Positions 24,905 to 37,779 of a stretch of DNA of 64,000 bases are shown here, in pieces. The translations under genes and the position numbers were made by a program. The DNA comes from Octopus sinensis (lineage: Eukaryota), in NCBI RefSeq assembly GCF_006345805.1, contig NC_043014.1:39122001-39186000 (forward strand), given 5' to 3'. Within the stretch, counting starts at the first letter, position 1; every line of letters begins with the position of its first letter. The notes beneath the pieces are model-generated. The model saw nothing but the letters and a program-made list of their open reading frames with translations, ran no database searches and was not told where the DNA came from.

Positions 24905-25068
24905 GCGCCTATGTTTAAATGTGTCATTCAAGAAGGTCTTCAGTTTGAACAATTTTCATGATGTTTCATATTTAGATGCTTTTATTAAATTCATTCAATT
25001 GTTAAACATAAATAAATCATGGATTTGATTTACTGTCATGTGATGTTTTACCAACCGTGTATATATAT

Positions 25069-25308
25069 ATATAAATTAGAAAAAAATCACCTTTTATCAA
25101 TTCAAATTGATAGAATAAGTACTAGGCTTACAAAGAAATTAAATTACACCATCTAGAAAATTACATATAATAGAAATATAAAAAATAAAATAACAATAAT
25201 ATACCGATGATTAAGTAAATTGCAAAATAATTATGTAATTTAATAAATATGTAATTTAATTGTTCATTTTGAATTGATAAAAGGTGTTTTTTTTCTAATT
25301 TTTATATA
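25069..25308. mobile_element. Small TA-flanked MITE containing a 30-bp piece of SINE B
   Basis: ~38-bp inverted arms; gatagaataagtactaggcttacaaagaa inside. Confidence 0.55.
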
Positions 25309-25575
25309 TATATTGTATTTTGTGAAATTTGATTTAGTATTTCTAAATTGAATTTTTCCCTGTAAGTTAGGAATAATATTCCATCAAATTATCATTATAT
25401 ATATATATATATACAGAGAGAGATACAGACAGACAATGTAATATTTTAATCAAGCCCAAACGCCCACTCAAAGCTTTAATTATCTTAGAACTTCACCGAG
25501 TCTAAATCCAGTTCTGGTTTCTGTTTATATTTATCTCAAGATAATAAAAAAATAAATGTCTTGTGCATCTTACAG

Positions 25576-25714
25576 AGAATTCACGAACGGAGATGTATGA
25601 AAACCAGATCTCACAGGAAGTCCTCTGATCCCTTTAGAAAAGCCTTCACAGCTGAACCTTATACTGAAGATAGAAAAACTAACCTCTTTTTCAAATCTTC
25701 TTCAAATGAATCAG
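25576..25714 (+). CDS. Exon E8, second half of zinc finger (RIHERRCMKTRSH...FKSSSNES)
   Basis: cttacag acceptor, gtaagt donor; phase 0 is the only stop-free frame. Confidence 0.75.
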
Positions 25715-25877
25715 GTAAGTTTCTTTTATGTGTTGTATTTGTTGTTGTTAATCCCTGTGCCCCTTATAAATCAAAATATGCAAGGTTGGATAAAATACCT
25801 TGTGGTACTTGGTTTCATCCATTTATGTTCTAAGGTCAAATCCCTGAGAATTTTACATGCATACATACATATGTAAA

Positions 25878-26205
25878 TCATCATCATCATTTGTTTCCAT
25901 GGTGACATGGATTAGAGAGCTTGACCAGAGCTGGCCAGCCCGAGAGCTGCACCAGTTTCAAGTTGTCTGTTTTGGCTTGGTTTCTATGGCTGGATGCCCT
26001 TCCTAATGCCAACCAGAGTGCACTGAGCATTTCTTATGTGACACCAGCTCAAGTGCTCTATATGTGGCACAGGCAAAGGAGCTGTATACATGGAACTTGC
26101 ATGTGTGCATTATACATGGCACTGGTATGGGTGCTTTTTACATTGCACCAACATTGGTGCTCTTTTATGTAACACCGGCACAAGTGCTTTTTATGTGGAA
26201 CTGAC
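25878..26205 (-). mobile_element. Retroposon family D, degenerate
   Basis: (cat)n tail and ggatgcccttcctaatgccaacc core. Confidence 0.65.
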
Positions 26206-26276
26206 ACGTTTCGTTTTTGGATTTGGTTTGCAAGATTCTTTATATGAGTTCATGTGTTGAAGCATATTCTGTTGTG

Positions 26277-26429
26277 TCTGGGGAGAGTCCTTTTCTTTTT
26301 GTCAAGACTATTGAAAAGGTTGCAAGACGCAACGAAAAGTTTAGGAAAATAAAAATAAGAAATAAGTGGAAATTTTACCGGTGAGTGTGTTACATTATAA
26401 GGCACAAAAAGAAAATGACTCTCCCCAGA
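26277..26429. repeat. 26-bp inverted repeat pair (old MITE core)
   Basis: tctggggagagtccttttctttttgt / acaaaaagaaaatgactctccccaga, 25 of 26 complementary. Confidence 0.7.
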
Positions 26430-26957
26430 TGCAACAGGACATGACGCATGTTTATTGTAACCTATAATCATGAATGATGCATAATGAGCAAAAGAGTACA
26501 ATCTTTGGTAAAAGTAGCCAAAAAGGGTTCCACCAAAGGGTCTCTGCAGTAACTTTAATCAACAGGATGTGTAGCTCAGAGATCCTGGAAACACTCCGGG
26601 TCAAGCCACTATTTCTCCACATTGAGAGATCACAGCTCTGATATTACAGATATGTGATTAGAATGCCACAGAAGGTAGTGAGCTTATAGAATTATCAGCA
26701 TACCAGACAAGATGCCCAGCAGTATTTCTTGTGACTTTATGTTTCTGAGATCAAAAGATCAAATTCTGCTGAAGTTTCACCTTTTCAAGGTTGATAAAAT
26801 AAGTACCAGTTGAGCAACTTAACCCCTACCCACAAAAATTTCAGGCCTTATGCCTATAAAAGAAGGGATCATCATCATCATCATCATCGTCGTCGTCGTC
26901 GTCATCGTTATCATTACCATCATCATCATCACCACCACCACCACCACCACCACCACC

Positions 26958-27003
<46 letters not shown>

Positions 27004-27684
27004 AGGCAGTTGGGCGGCAGTAAAAGTTTATTGCGAGAAATGTTGTCGTAACTGTTAAAGGTCAGAATATATAATTTCTGGTATTAGTTCACCGACAGAA
27101 ATCAAACCATTTGCCAAGCATCACCAGTTACATTATAAAGTGCTGGCTACACCCTCTCCACAAAGTATGTACTATAATCTTTTTCTGCCATTTTAACTGA
27201 ACTGTGGTAACTCCACAAGATAATTCATCAGTCACTTATAACAAGCAAGATAGATTATTTTACAATTGACACTGGAAAATTTTGAGAAGGTGCCTTCTGT
27301 ATGAAGAACATATTCTTTAAATATTGGTTACTAAGGTAGTGGACTGAAAATAATTTTTTAAATTAATTGGAATTGTAATCTGAATGAGTTAAGAAAATCA
27401 GTCATTAGTGTTGACGAAAATTATTTTCAGGTAGCTCAAGGGAGAGAACCTCTGAAATTTCAATTAGCCAAAAGTTCCACCTACCAAATTCACTCACAAG
27501 ACATTGATTGCCCCAACACTGCATTAGAAGACTTCTCCAAGATGCTGCTGCAATGGGACTGAACCTGAAACCACAGAGTTGCAAAGCAAGCTTCTGAAGA
27601 CATATATATATAATTTAAGAGACACACTATATATGTTTTTATGTGCTACTATTAGTTTCATACGCTGAGAACATACCAAACTTT

Positions 27685-27780
27685 GTTTTATAACATGTCT
27701 GGTGTCCCAGCACAATCATCAGACACTATCCACACTTCATAGTTTCCTGTACATACAGTTGTTGTCTATCCCAAAACTGG
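27685..27780 (+). repeat. Left arm of a perfect 96-bp inverted repeat
   Basis: Exact reverse complement of 28556-28651. Confidence 0.95.
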
Positions 27781-28019
27781 AGGATCAAACCAGAAATTAC
27801 TGCATAATACATTGTCTTCTACTACAGTTTGTTTATGTGATTGCATAACAAACTTTTTAATCACTCAAGAATATTTGTCTTTGTTTTTTTTTTCTTGAAA
27901 AAAATTCTAAACTTATTTCTGTCCTTTTTCTTATACTCTAACCTTTCATCTGGCATTAAGTCACCTTCCTCAATACTACTCACCCACTCAACTGAAATGT
28001 GTATATGTGTGTGTATGTG

Positions 28020-28245
28020 CAGGTGCCGCATAAAAAGCACTCAGTACACTCTGTAAAGAGGTTGGTGTTAGAAAGGGGACACGGCCGTAGAAACCATTTC
28101 AAAGCAGACAGCAGAGCTTAGTTCAGTCTTCTTAGTTGCCAGCTCCTGTTGAACAACCAACCCATGGAAAATGGGGATTAAATGATGATGGTGGTGGTGA
28201 TGGCAGTGGCGGTGGTGATGGTGGTGGTGGCTGCTGCTGCTGCTG
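28020..28245 (+). mobile_element. Retroposon family D 3' fragment
   Basis: aaaagcactcagtacactctg...aacccatggaaaatgggg..(gat/ggt)n. Confidence 0.65.
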
Positions 28246-28344
28246 CGAAACGTGGTCCTTTGCTATTCGTAAGACCCACAGAAGAGAAAACAGGTCAACC
28301 CCCAACACCGAGAGCATCGACGGATGGATGAATACGCATCCAGG

Positions 28345-28557
28345 CTCAGCTGTTGCGTAGGAAGTTGGGGACAAGAAACAGGAAGGAAAGAGTGAGAGAA
28401 AGTTGGGGCGAAAGAGTACAACAGGGGTCGCCACCACGCCCTGTCGGAGCCTCGTGGAGCTTTAGGTGTTTTCGCTCAATAAACACACACAACGCCCGGT
28501 CTGGGAATCGAAACCACAATCCTCCAACCGCGAATCCGCTGCCCTAACTATTGGGCC
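28345..28557 (-). mobile_element. SINE family C, truncated, abutting the inverted duplication
   Basis: Ends gccctaactattgggcc, fused to 28556. Confidence 0.8.
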
Positions 28558-28651
28558 AGTTTTGGGATAGACAACAACTGTATGTACAGGAAACTATGAA
28601 GTGTGGATAGTGTCTGATGATTGTGCTGGGACACCAGACATGTTATAAAAC
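28556..28651 (-). repeat. Right arm of a perfect 96-bp inverted repeat
   Basis: Exact reverse complement of 27685-27780. Confidence 0.95.
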
Positions 28652-28895
28652 TGCTGCTGATGAGATAAAATACTAGGGATTGAAATGAGAGATTTTCAGC
28701 AAGGAACTCGGATTGAAACTCCATATATAATGTTCTGAAATTGTATGTTTAGAATCACAAGGCCATACTGACACCTTTCTTGAAGTTTATACTAAAAGTC
28801 AAATACTATTCCCATTTCAAACATAACAGGTTTAAGTGCTGAATTAATGGTTAAGAGGGAAGGTATTTGGCAGAGATCTTGAGAGTGTGTGTATC

Positions 28896-28938
<43 letters not shown>

Positions 28939-29043
28939 GTGTGTTGTGTATATGTTGTATGTAGTGTATTGTATGTACACCTGCATGTAAAATGTTTGTG
29001 CTTGGGTGTATGTAATTAATATGTGTATATGTGCGTGTATGGT

Positions 29044-29081
<38 letters not shown>

Positions 29082-29430
29082 GTGCTGGTTATGGTGGTTG
29101 GAATGATCAGTCATGACCCCCACCACCACCACCATCGCCACCACACATTCTGTTTATTTATTTATTTATTCATATTTATTGGAATTTGGTTGCATTTTAG
29201 ATTAAGTGAGGTGGAGGGAAGGGGGGACAAAGAAAGAGAGAGGAGCAAGAGAGGGAGAAAAGTGCAAAAAGAAAGATAGAAGCAAGAGAGAAAGAGAGAG
29301 AGAGAGAAGAGCAAAAAAGAGAGATAGGGGCAAGAGGGAGAGAGGGGTGCAAGGGAGGCAGAGAGAGGAACCAGAGAGATTAGCAAGTAAGAGGAACCAG
29401 ATTAACACGAGAGTGATAGAGAAGAATGCA

Positions 29431-29461
<31 letters not shown>

Positions 29462-29764
29462 CAGATAGGGAGAGAGACAATAAGAAATAGTCAGAGAGGC
29501 AACAAGAGAGAGAGAGAGATTGATATAGAGAAAAAGAGAATGTGAAGAGACAATGTAAGATTACACATTCAAAGACAAAGAAGAAAATACCGCTTTCAAT
29601 GAAATACAATACCTGAAACATACCCTAACCTATTTCTAAAACGAGGAAATAATAAAACAAAAATAAAACAGGTTCCTTTTCTAACCTGTTAAGTGACACC
29701 AACAGAAACAAAACAAGGGAACAGAATTTCTGGGTAAATGAGGAATCTGATAAATCTAACAGCT

Positions 29765-29935
29765 TTAACCCTTCATTACTGTATTTATTTTGAGATGCTC
29801 TGTGTTTCTTTCAATTATTTTAAATATAACAAAGAATTTAGTAAATTAACTTTGTTATCATTAAGCTAGTGTTAGTAACATAAATTTTAACTAAGATTTG
29901 GTGGAAGATTTTAATTCAGAACTTATGAAAACAAG
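29765..29935. mobile_element. piggyBac-like MITE end
   Basis: ttaaccctt start; matches 7377-7547 in reverse. Confidence 0.6.
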
Positions 29936-29940
29936 CTGAC

Positions 29941-30336
29941 TTGGCAGACACCCATAAAATTATTAACCATCTTACAAACAATAACTCTGAGCACCTTTTC
30001 AAATTCCACCTGTCTAACATCCATGGACATGTTTACAAAGTCAGAAAACAACACAGCTCCCATGACTTTCGGAAACAATTTTTCACGCTAAGAGTTGCTG
30101 AAGTATGGAACAAACTGCCGCATCAGTTGTTAGTTGTCGGAGCACTGTATCCTTCAAAACTTCCATGCTTCCTGAGATTCGCCAACACTACACCTGATTT
30201 TTCTCCACTCCATACACACGCAAGCATGTATCTGACTCATACACTGTTCACTTACCAGACATTTGTACATCACTGCATATACTTTATATGCACTTTTGAC
30301 AAGTTGTGGTGCACCTGAGCACTGCATACAATAATT

Positions 30337-30369
<33 letters not shown>

Positions 30370-30390
30370 TATTATTATTATTATTATTAT
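29941..30390 (+). mobile_element. CR1 3' fragment
   Basis: ADTHKIINHLTNNNSEHLFKF..RVAEVWNKLP; (ATT)n tail. Confidence 0.85.
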
Positions 30391-30570
30391 AAGACATTTA
30401 TGCTAAAAAGCTAGAGCCAGTTTCAGCCGGGTTGTTAACGAAAGGGTCAATTTCCCTCAACAGATTCTTTATTGCCCTTAATTCTTTCCTGACCATACAC
30501 TGTGTGTGTGTGTTGAGCCACACCTATCTCTCTCTTCTTACCCCCTGTCCATACTGATATTTCTCCATAG

Positions 30571-30978
30571 GCACAGGAGTGGCTGAGGTGGTAAGGAGCT
30601 TGCTTCCCAACCTCATGGTTCCAGGTTCAGTCCCACTGCATGGCACCTTGGGCAAGTATCACCTACTATAGCTTCTGGCTGATCAAAACCTTGAGAGATG
30701 GATTTGGTAGACGGAAACTGAAAGAAGTTCCTCGCGTGCACACACGTGCGCGCGTGTGTGTGTGTATGTATGTGTGTATACATGTGTCTTTGTGTCTGTG
30801 TTTGTCCCCCACCACCACTTGACTACCAGTGTCGGTGTGTTTACATTCCTGTAACTTAACGGTTCAGCAAAAGAGTGTGGCAATAAATTCCAGACTTATA
30901 AAAAGAAAAAAGGGACTGGAGTTGATTTGTTCAACTAGAATTCTTCAAGGAATTCAGTCAAGTGACTGAAGCACGTAA
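30571..30978 (+). mobile_element. SINE family B, degenerate
   Basis: caggagtggctgaggtggtaagg head. Confidence 0.75.
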
Positions 30979-31437
30979 GATCTGTATATATATAAAGCAG
31001 GATGTGTGTGCATGTGTACGTGATTGTAGTTTATACACATCCACAAATTAGCATGCATGTTACTCAAATTTTAGGAGGACATTCATCACGACCCTAGCTG
31101 TATTTTCGTCAAATTATTTTCCCCCAAGGCACCTGCGAATAGCAGTAAATAATTTTGAGCCATAACTCCAGTTTTCACGCCATTATTATTTACAAAACAT
31201 GAGCTAAGTCCCATTCTAACGACGGTGTAAAGGGAGGGAGGGAGCGAGAGAGAGAGAGAGAGATAACAGATTTTTAAAATTTCTTTTTAGTGATTGACAA
31301 AAACAGACAGACAGGTGTTGTGATGTATGCATGTATGTGTGAATGGTTTCAGTCACACACATACAAACACACTCACGCGAGTATTTATGCGTACAAACCA
31401 GATGCATGCAATGCGTGTGTTGACTGTATATATATAT

Positions 31438-31833
31438 ATCTATATATATATATAAAGCTGAAGTTGTCTGTATGGCAGGTTTGGTAGCCTTCAACTAACA
31501 CTATCTCCTCCGAGACCTTGCGGCACAAGTTGACCAAAATTGAGAGTATGATAGAAGAAGGCTTGCTCTTCCTTCCATAGAAGGAAAGATTCAAATTGGA
31601 CCATGTTAACACCAAAAATTATTTACATCAAAAAGGTGCTTTTTTTTCTATGAAAATCCCTAATTTTTTACGATTTTTTTACTGCTGTATCGCCATTTTT
31701 TGGTGTATTTCAACCAAAAAAATGTTCACTTAAAGAGAATAACAAGCTACATAATGCAAAATTTTTACTTTTCAAAATTTCCAATTCTAAAGGGTCGAAA
31801 CAAACCCGAGTAACAATGGGCGATACTGCTAGT
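31438..31833 (-). mobile_element. Helitron/Helentron-like non-autonomous element
   Basis: Reverse complement starts actagcagtatcgccc and ends tatatatagat, as in 46975 and 48835. Confidence 0.65.
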
Positions 31834-32615
31834 ATGAAATAAAAGACCCACTCCTTTTTGTCACTCACTATATTCACCTCTACCCTCATAACCAACTATC
31901 TGTTATTTTACTCTCTTATAACTACTTCCCCCTCTTGTCTCATGAAGGTTTTGTTATATATATATAATGAACTTATTGTATACACTGCTCAGGTGCAGTA
32001 CAACTCATCTGAAAAAGTAGCTAAAACTGCATGGATAGTACATAGAATAATGCACAGGAAGTGAACAGTGTATAAGTCTATAAAAAGAAAAAGAAACGGA
32101 GGAGGGGGGGCATCAAGTATACTGTTGACAAATTTCAGTGGATAATTTTTGTGGATGTCTACCCATTGCTACCATCTTAACTTTTTCCCTGATAGTTCCA
32201 CCCACTCTTATATAAATGTAGGGTGGTCGTATATCTCCTCCCTAGCAAGACACCTCTGCTTTTCCCTCAGTCTCCTCCCTACCCTCTCAAATATTCTCTT
32301 CCCCACTTAATCAAGAGGGCTTCCACTTTCCCCTTCTTTTCCCTTTTTCTTTTTCTTTCCTGCCTTGGCAGTTACTTGGCAACTCCACCAGTGCTGGTGG
32401 CATGGAAAAATAGCACCCAGTAGATGTTGTAAAGTGGTTGACATTAGGAAGGACTTCAAGCCACAGAAACCATGCCAAATCTGATATGTAGCATGATGCA
32501 ACCTTGTGCTCACTGGATCTTGTCAAATTGTCCTAACCATACCAGCATGAAAAACAGATGTTAAATGATGAGGATAATGTGTAGATGTGTGTGTGTGTGT
32601 GTGTGTCTATGTATA

Positions 32616-33005
32616 TACTCTTTTACTTGTTTCAGTCATTTGACTGCGGTCATGCTGGAGCACTGCTTTTAGTTGACCAAATTGACTCTGGGATTTATTC
32701 TTTGTAAGCCCAGTACTTATTCTATCGGTCGCTTTTTGCCAAACCGCTAAGTTACAGGGACATAAACACACCAGCATCGGTTGTCAAGCAATGCTAGGGG
32801 CACAAACACAGACACACAAACATACACACACACACATATATATGACGGGCTTCTTTCAGTTTCCGTCTACCAAATCCACTCACAAGGCTTTGGTCAGCTT
32901 GAGGCTATAGAAGTAGATATTTTCCCAAGGTGCCACGCAGTGGGACTGAACCCAGAACCATGTGGTTGGTAAGCAAGCTACTTACCACACAGCCACTCCT
33001 GCGCC
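32616..33005 (-). mobile_element. SINE family B
   Basis: Full-length reverse complement. Confidence 0.9.
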
Positions 33006-33142
33006 TATATATATATATATATATATATAAGAAGAGAGAAAGAGCGAGAGAGTAACTATGGTCTGTATCCAATACAAAGTATTGTAATTATATTAAAAGG
33101 TAATCTTTGTATCTCCCTTGTTAGAGCATATGGTGACCAGTG

Positions 33143-33187
33143 CTTCCCACTGATGAAGTCCGGTAGACTGAAATCACAGGATAGAAG
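33143..33187 (+). ncRNA. Hammerhead-ribozyme-like motif (type I), probably decayed
   Basis: CTGATGA-AGTC(cggta)GACT-GAAA-TC(acag)GA-TA; stem I (CTTC/GAAG) out of register by 3 nt. Confidence 0.35.
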
Positions 33188-34216
33188 AATTCCAGTACTC
33201 ATGGCGGATGATTCTCATCTGCTATGATCTATGTGTGTGCTTTTATGCACCATACGCTTATACAAGAGGATCTCTCAAGGCTAATAACGTAGTATTTGAT
33301 GCTCTGACAAGTCATTCATGTTAAGTTGGATATAAAGATTACATTTTGGTATTAGTACTGCTTCTGTCACTAATAATTAATTTGTAATTATATTTGATAC
33401 TGTTCCGAGCATGAATATTTTGATGCTCAAACTTTTACCAGGTGACATATAGTATGTAATACTATAGTTTAGACATATATCACCATCTCATTTTGATGAC
33501 TAGACAGCATCTGTATTATGGTGATGCAAGGGAGATAACTGATGGTTAGTTTGTTGGGATTCTCACATTAAGTGATATTTGTTAGTGTTGTACTATTTTT
33601 ATAAATGCTATTAGCATTATAGAAATAGGGAGGTGTTCTTATAAAGTGTATGAACCAGTTATGCAAGGATGAAGTTGTATCTTCTGTAAAATCTGCTGTT
33701 CCACCAATGGAATATGTACTTACTAAAAGGCTTTCCTGTTTAAAAGGTAGTTTGTGAGTAAGCTTATATCTAATTTGATGATGATATAGGATGCCAAAAT
33801 GTTGGCAGATATTTGTGAAAGTGTTGGCATCTGCCATAAAAAGTATATTTTGATATTTGTTTGGGGCCGTTGGAATTGTAGATGGAAATTTTAAGCAAAG
33901 GTACATTAACCACCCTACTTCTTTCAGAAATAACACCAACAGAATACACGGGTGTTATCCAACTATGTTTGGCGGTTAAAGGAATATAGCTTGTGAGTAT
34001 ATTATCAAGTGGAAAATCCAAGTACAAAGTATACCATTTATGAATGCTATGAGAAACTGTAAGTTATGCAGAGCAGAAATGAGAATAATATTGAAAGCCA
34101 TAACTATATACTTAAATATTCACTCAGGATATTTTGGCAGATGCCACCAATTTAGCAAATATTTACCAAAATTCTGACAACATATATCATCAACAGACTG
34201 GCTATAGAAAGAGAGA

Positions 34217-34604
34217 TTACTCTTTTACTCTTTTACTTGTTTCAGTCATTTGACTGTGGCCATGCTGGAGCACCGCCTTTAGTCGAGCAAATCGACCCCG
34301 GGACTTATTCTTTGTAAGCCCAGTACTTATTCTATCGGTCTCTTTTGCCGAACCGCTAAGTGACGGGGACGTAAACACACCAGCATCGGTTGTCAAGCAA
34401 TGCTAGGGGGACAAACACAGACACAAACACACACATACATATATGTATATATACATATTTTAGTTTCCGTCTATCAAATCCACTCACAAGGCATTGGTCG
34501 GCCCGGGGCTATAGCAGAAGACACTTGCCCAAGGTGCCTCGCAGTGGGACTGAACTCGGAACCATGTGGTTGGTAAGTAAGCTACTTACCACACAGCCAA
34601 TCCT
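34217..34604 (-). mobile_element. SINE family B, low divergence
   Basis: Near-identical reverse complement of 61149-61563. Confidence 0.9.
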
Positions 34605-34665
34605 GAGTATATCTATCTGAAGAAAACCTTTCAATAATATTTACTCCTACTGTGGAATTGTAAAC

Positions 34666-34711
<46 letters not shown>

Positions 34712-35165
34712 AATTATTGTATACAGTGCTCAGGTGCTCTACAACTTGTCAAAAGTGCGTATAAAGCATATGCAGTAATGTACAAATGTCTGGGAAGTGA
34801 ACAGTGTATGAGTCAGATACATGCTTGTGTGTGTATGGAGGGGAGAAAATCAGGTGTAGTGTTGGCGAATCTCAGGAAGCATGGAAGTTTTGAAGGATGC
34901 AGTGCTCCGACAACTAACAACTGATGCCGGCAGTTTGTTCCATGCTTCAGCAACTCTTAGCGTGAAAAAATGTTTCCGAAAGTCATGGGAGCTGTGCTGT
35001 TTTCTGACTTTGTAAACATGTCCACGGGTGTTAGACAGGTGGAGTTTGAAAAGGTGCTCAGAGTTATTGTTTGTAAGATGGTTAATAATCTTATGGGTGT
35101 CTGCCAGACGTCGGAGTTTCAATGTATCCATGCCCAGGGAAGTAAGGTGTTCAGAATATGGCAAA
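34666..35165 (-). mobile_element. CR1 3' fragment, frame intact
   Basis: PYSEHLTSLGMDTLKLRRLADTHKII...WNKLPASVV...EIRQHYT. Confidence 0.9.
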
Positions 35166-35572
35166 TGCCTTATAGAACATTCTAATTTCGCTCTTGTACA
35201 CTCTTGTATACTCAGTGAGTTTATTCCCTTCTCTGCTTGACTTCTAAAACACTAATAATATTGTAATGACAACAGTTTAATATCAATTAATATAACTTAC
35301 GATTATACCAAGGTAAATAATTCCTACAAAAGCAGTCATGAGTTATTTCCCTTCTATCACACTATAATGTATATGATGACCTGGTTTATCACCAAAATGG
35401 TGTTTAACTTGATATTTGCTTGAATGAAATTTGAATGCACCTTATTCTTGGGTATTATTGTGTTATCCATCTGGAGGATCTTGAAGTAGCAACGTATTCA
35501 TCTAGTAAACTGTATTTAATAATAATATGACCTGGTGCAATACCAGGCTGTGGTTCTTCTGGCTTCCTATCT

Positions 35573-35606
<34 letters not shown>

Positions 35607-36295
35607 AATTATTGTATACAGTGCTCAGGTGCACCACAACAATATGATTGGAAGTGTTAAACATGTACATGCTTCGCCTTGGTATAAAAAAGGGGCTAGA
35701 ACAAATATTCTGCTTAATGCATTAAATTTGCTTGTCAGCTGCTTGACCCTAACCAGATGAGTCCCTTAGTGGCTGACAATATGTGCATCTCTAATCAGGA
35801 GCAAAAGTAGGAAGGGAGCATCATGTTGAGAGCGATTCTTCAGGGTTTTAATAATTCATCCTTAAACCTTATTCAGGGACTTTTTTGAGTAGGATGGGCT
35901 AGTCTCATCATCATCATCATCATCATCGTTTAACGTGCGTTTTCTATGCTAGCACGGGTTGGACGGTTCGACCGGGATCTGGGAAGCCAGGAGGCTGTAC
36001 CAGGCTCCAGTCTGATCTGGCAGTGTTTCTACAGCTGGATGCCCTCCCTCGAAGATAATTCTAACTGAGCCCTACCTTCAAGGTCATGGACTGTTTATCT
36101 GGATATGAAGTCACCATATGTCACACACATATGGTTATGATGCATGTGCCTGGTGTAACGTTATTAGATAGGTAGTCTTGATGGGTATATTGGGCTTCGT
36201 ATATTTGTACCCTAGTGTCACTTGAATTGTGTGTACTGCTATTTCATTCAACAACAACAACAACAACAACAATAATAATAATAATTATAATCCTT

Positions 36296-36500
36296 TTTAC
36301 TAAAGGCACAAGGCCTGAAATGTTGGGGGAGGGGACTAGTCAATTACATCAACCCCAGTATTTCACTTTTATCTATCAACCCCAAAAGGATGAAAAGCAA
36401 AGTCGACCTCAGTAGAATTTGAACTCAGATCATAAAGACGGATGAAATGCTGCTAAGCATTCTGCCCGGTGTGCTGACAATTCTGCCAGCTCACCGCCTT
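36296..36500 (-). mobile_element. SINE family A; part duplicated with its flank at 37310-37479
   Basis: Shared flank aataataatgataataatgatttcttttc. Confidence 0.75.
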
Positions 36501-36809
36501 AATAATAATGATAATAATGATTTCTTTTCTTCGCCACTTTTATTTAAATCAGATTACAAGGACAGTTTACAATTTGTGTGGAGATTTACTTATAAAGATG
36601 AAGGGACAAAAGGAAGAGAAGGGCATATAAAAAGTATACAAAATATTGAACACTTGGATGATACAGTCCTCCTGATATAGAAGATCTTCCAACTGTGGCC
36701 AATCAAGGAATCCTACAGATCTATTATTGTCCCAACCACCAAGGGCACAAGCCCTCACCCAATTATTGTTCAATCTACAAGTGCATGTTTATATTACTCA
36801 AAGGTAATG

Positions 36810-37295
36810 ACTAGTGACCGAAACCTTTGGCTATATGCTGTACTTGAGAAAACCCATCAAGACAACCGAAATTGTAGTCATGGCCCTTGCTGGTGTCACT
36901 CAACTGGCACCCATGCTGGGGGCACATAAAGATCACCTTTTGAGCATTGGGCCTCGCAGAGACAAAGTAACTGAGTTCCTTTCACGCATTTGGCCTCACA
37001 AAGGCAATAACCAAGACCCTTGGCATTATGTCATGCTTGAGAAGAAGACCCATCAAGCCAAGCAAAATCACAGTTGTGGCAGATACTGGTGTCACGCCAA
37101 TGGCACCCATGCTGCTGGCATGTAAAAGCACCCATTACACTATCAGAGTAGTTGGCATTAGAAAGGGCATCCAGCTGTAGAAAATCATGCCAAATCAGAC
37201 TGAAAACTGGTGCAGCCTTCCAGCTTACCAGTCCCAGTCAAACTGTCCAACCCATGTCAGCATTGACAACAGATGTTAAATAATGATGATGATGA
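36810..37295 (+). mobile_element. Retroposon family D, long variant
   Basis: Internal cttgagaa..acccatcaag subrepeats, then standard 3' end and (GAT)n. Confidence 0.65.
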
Positions 37296-37779
37296 TACAT
37301 ATATATATACCCCAGTATTTCACTGTTATTTATCAACCTCAAAAGAAATGAAAGGCAAAGTCGACCTCAGCAGAACTTGAACTCAGATCACAAAGATGGA
37401 TGAAATGCTGCTAAGCATTCTGCCAGCTCACCACCTTAATAATAATGATAATAATGATTTCTTTTCTTTGCCACTTTATATATCTATATATATATACGTA
37501 TGTATGTGTGTGTGTGTGCATGCGTGCGTGTGTAAACTATGAAAGAAAGAAAATGGAATTCATGAGATTCTTTATTCAGAGCCACTACAATCATTTTGAC
37601 TCATTATGCACCTGTATTTTGCAGGCAAGATGCTGTGCAAACAGTTGTGATGCATGATTGGTGCAGATGCATTGCCTTAGGTGACTTTTCAAAAAGTAGC
37701 TACACAGCTAGTTTCTTTCAGTTTCCATCTAACAAATCCACTTACATAGGCTTTGGTTGGCCTGAGGTTTAAAAAAAAA

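Noticed and set aside
33568-34189. 123-aa and 85-aa minus-strand ORFs, and a + strand candidate exon 33629-33746
   Set aside because: No recognisable domain. The region overlaps a degenerate inverted repeat (33791-33836 / 34130-34189). The + exon needs an additional weakly supported exon (near 27088) to stay in phase.
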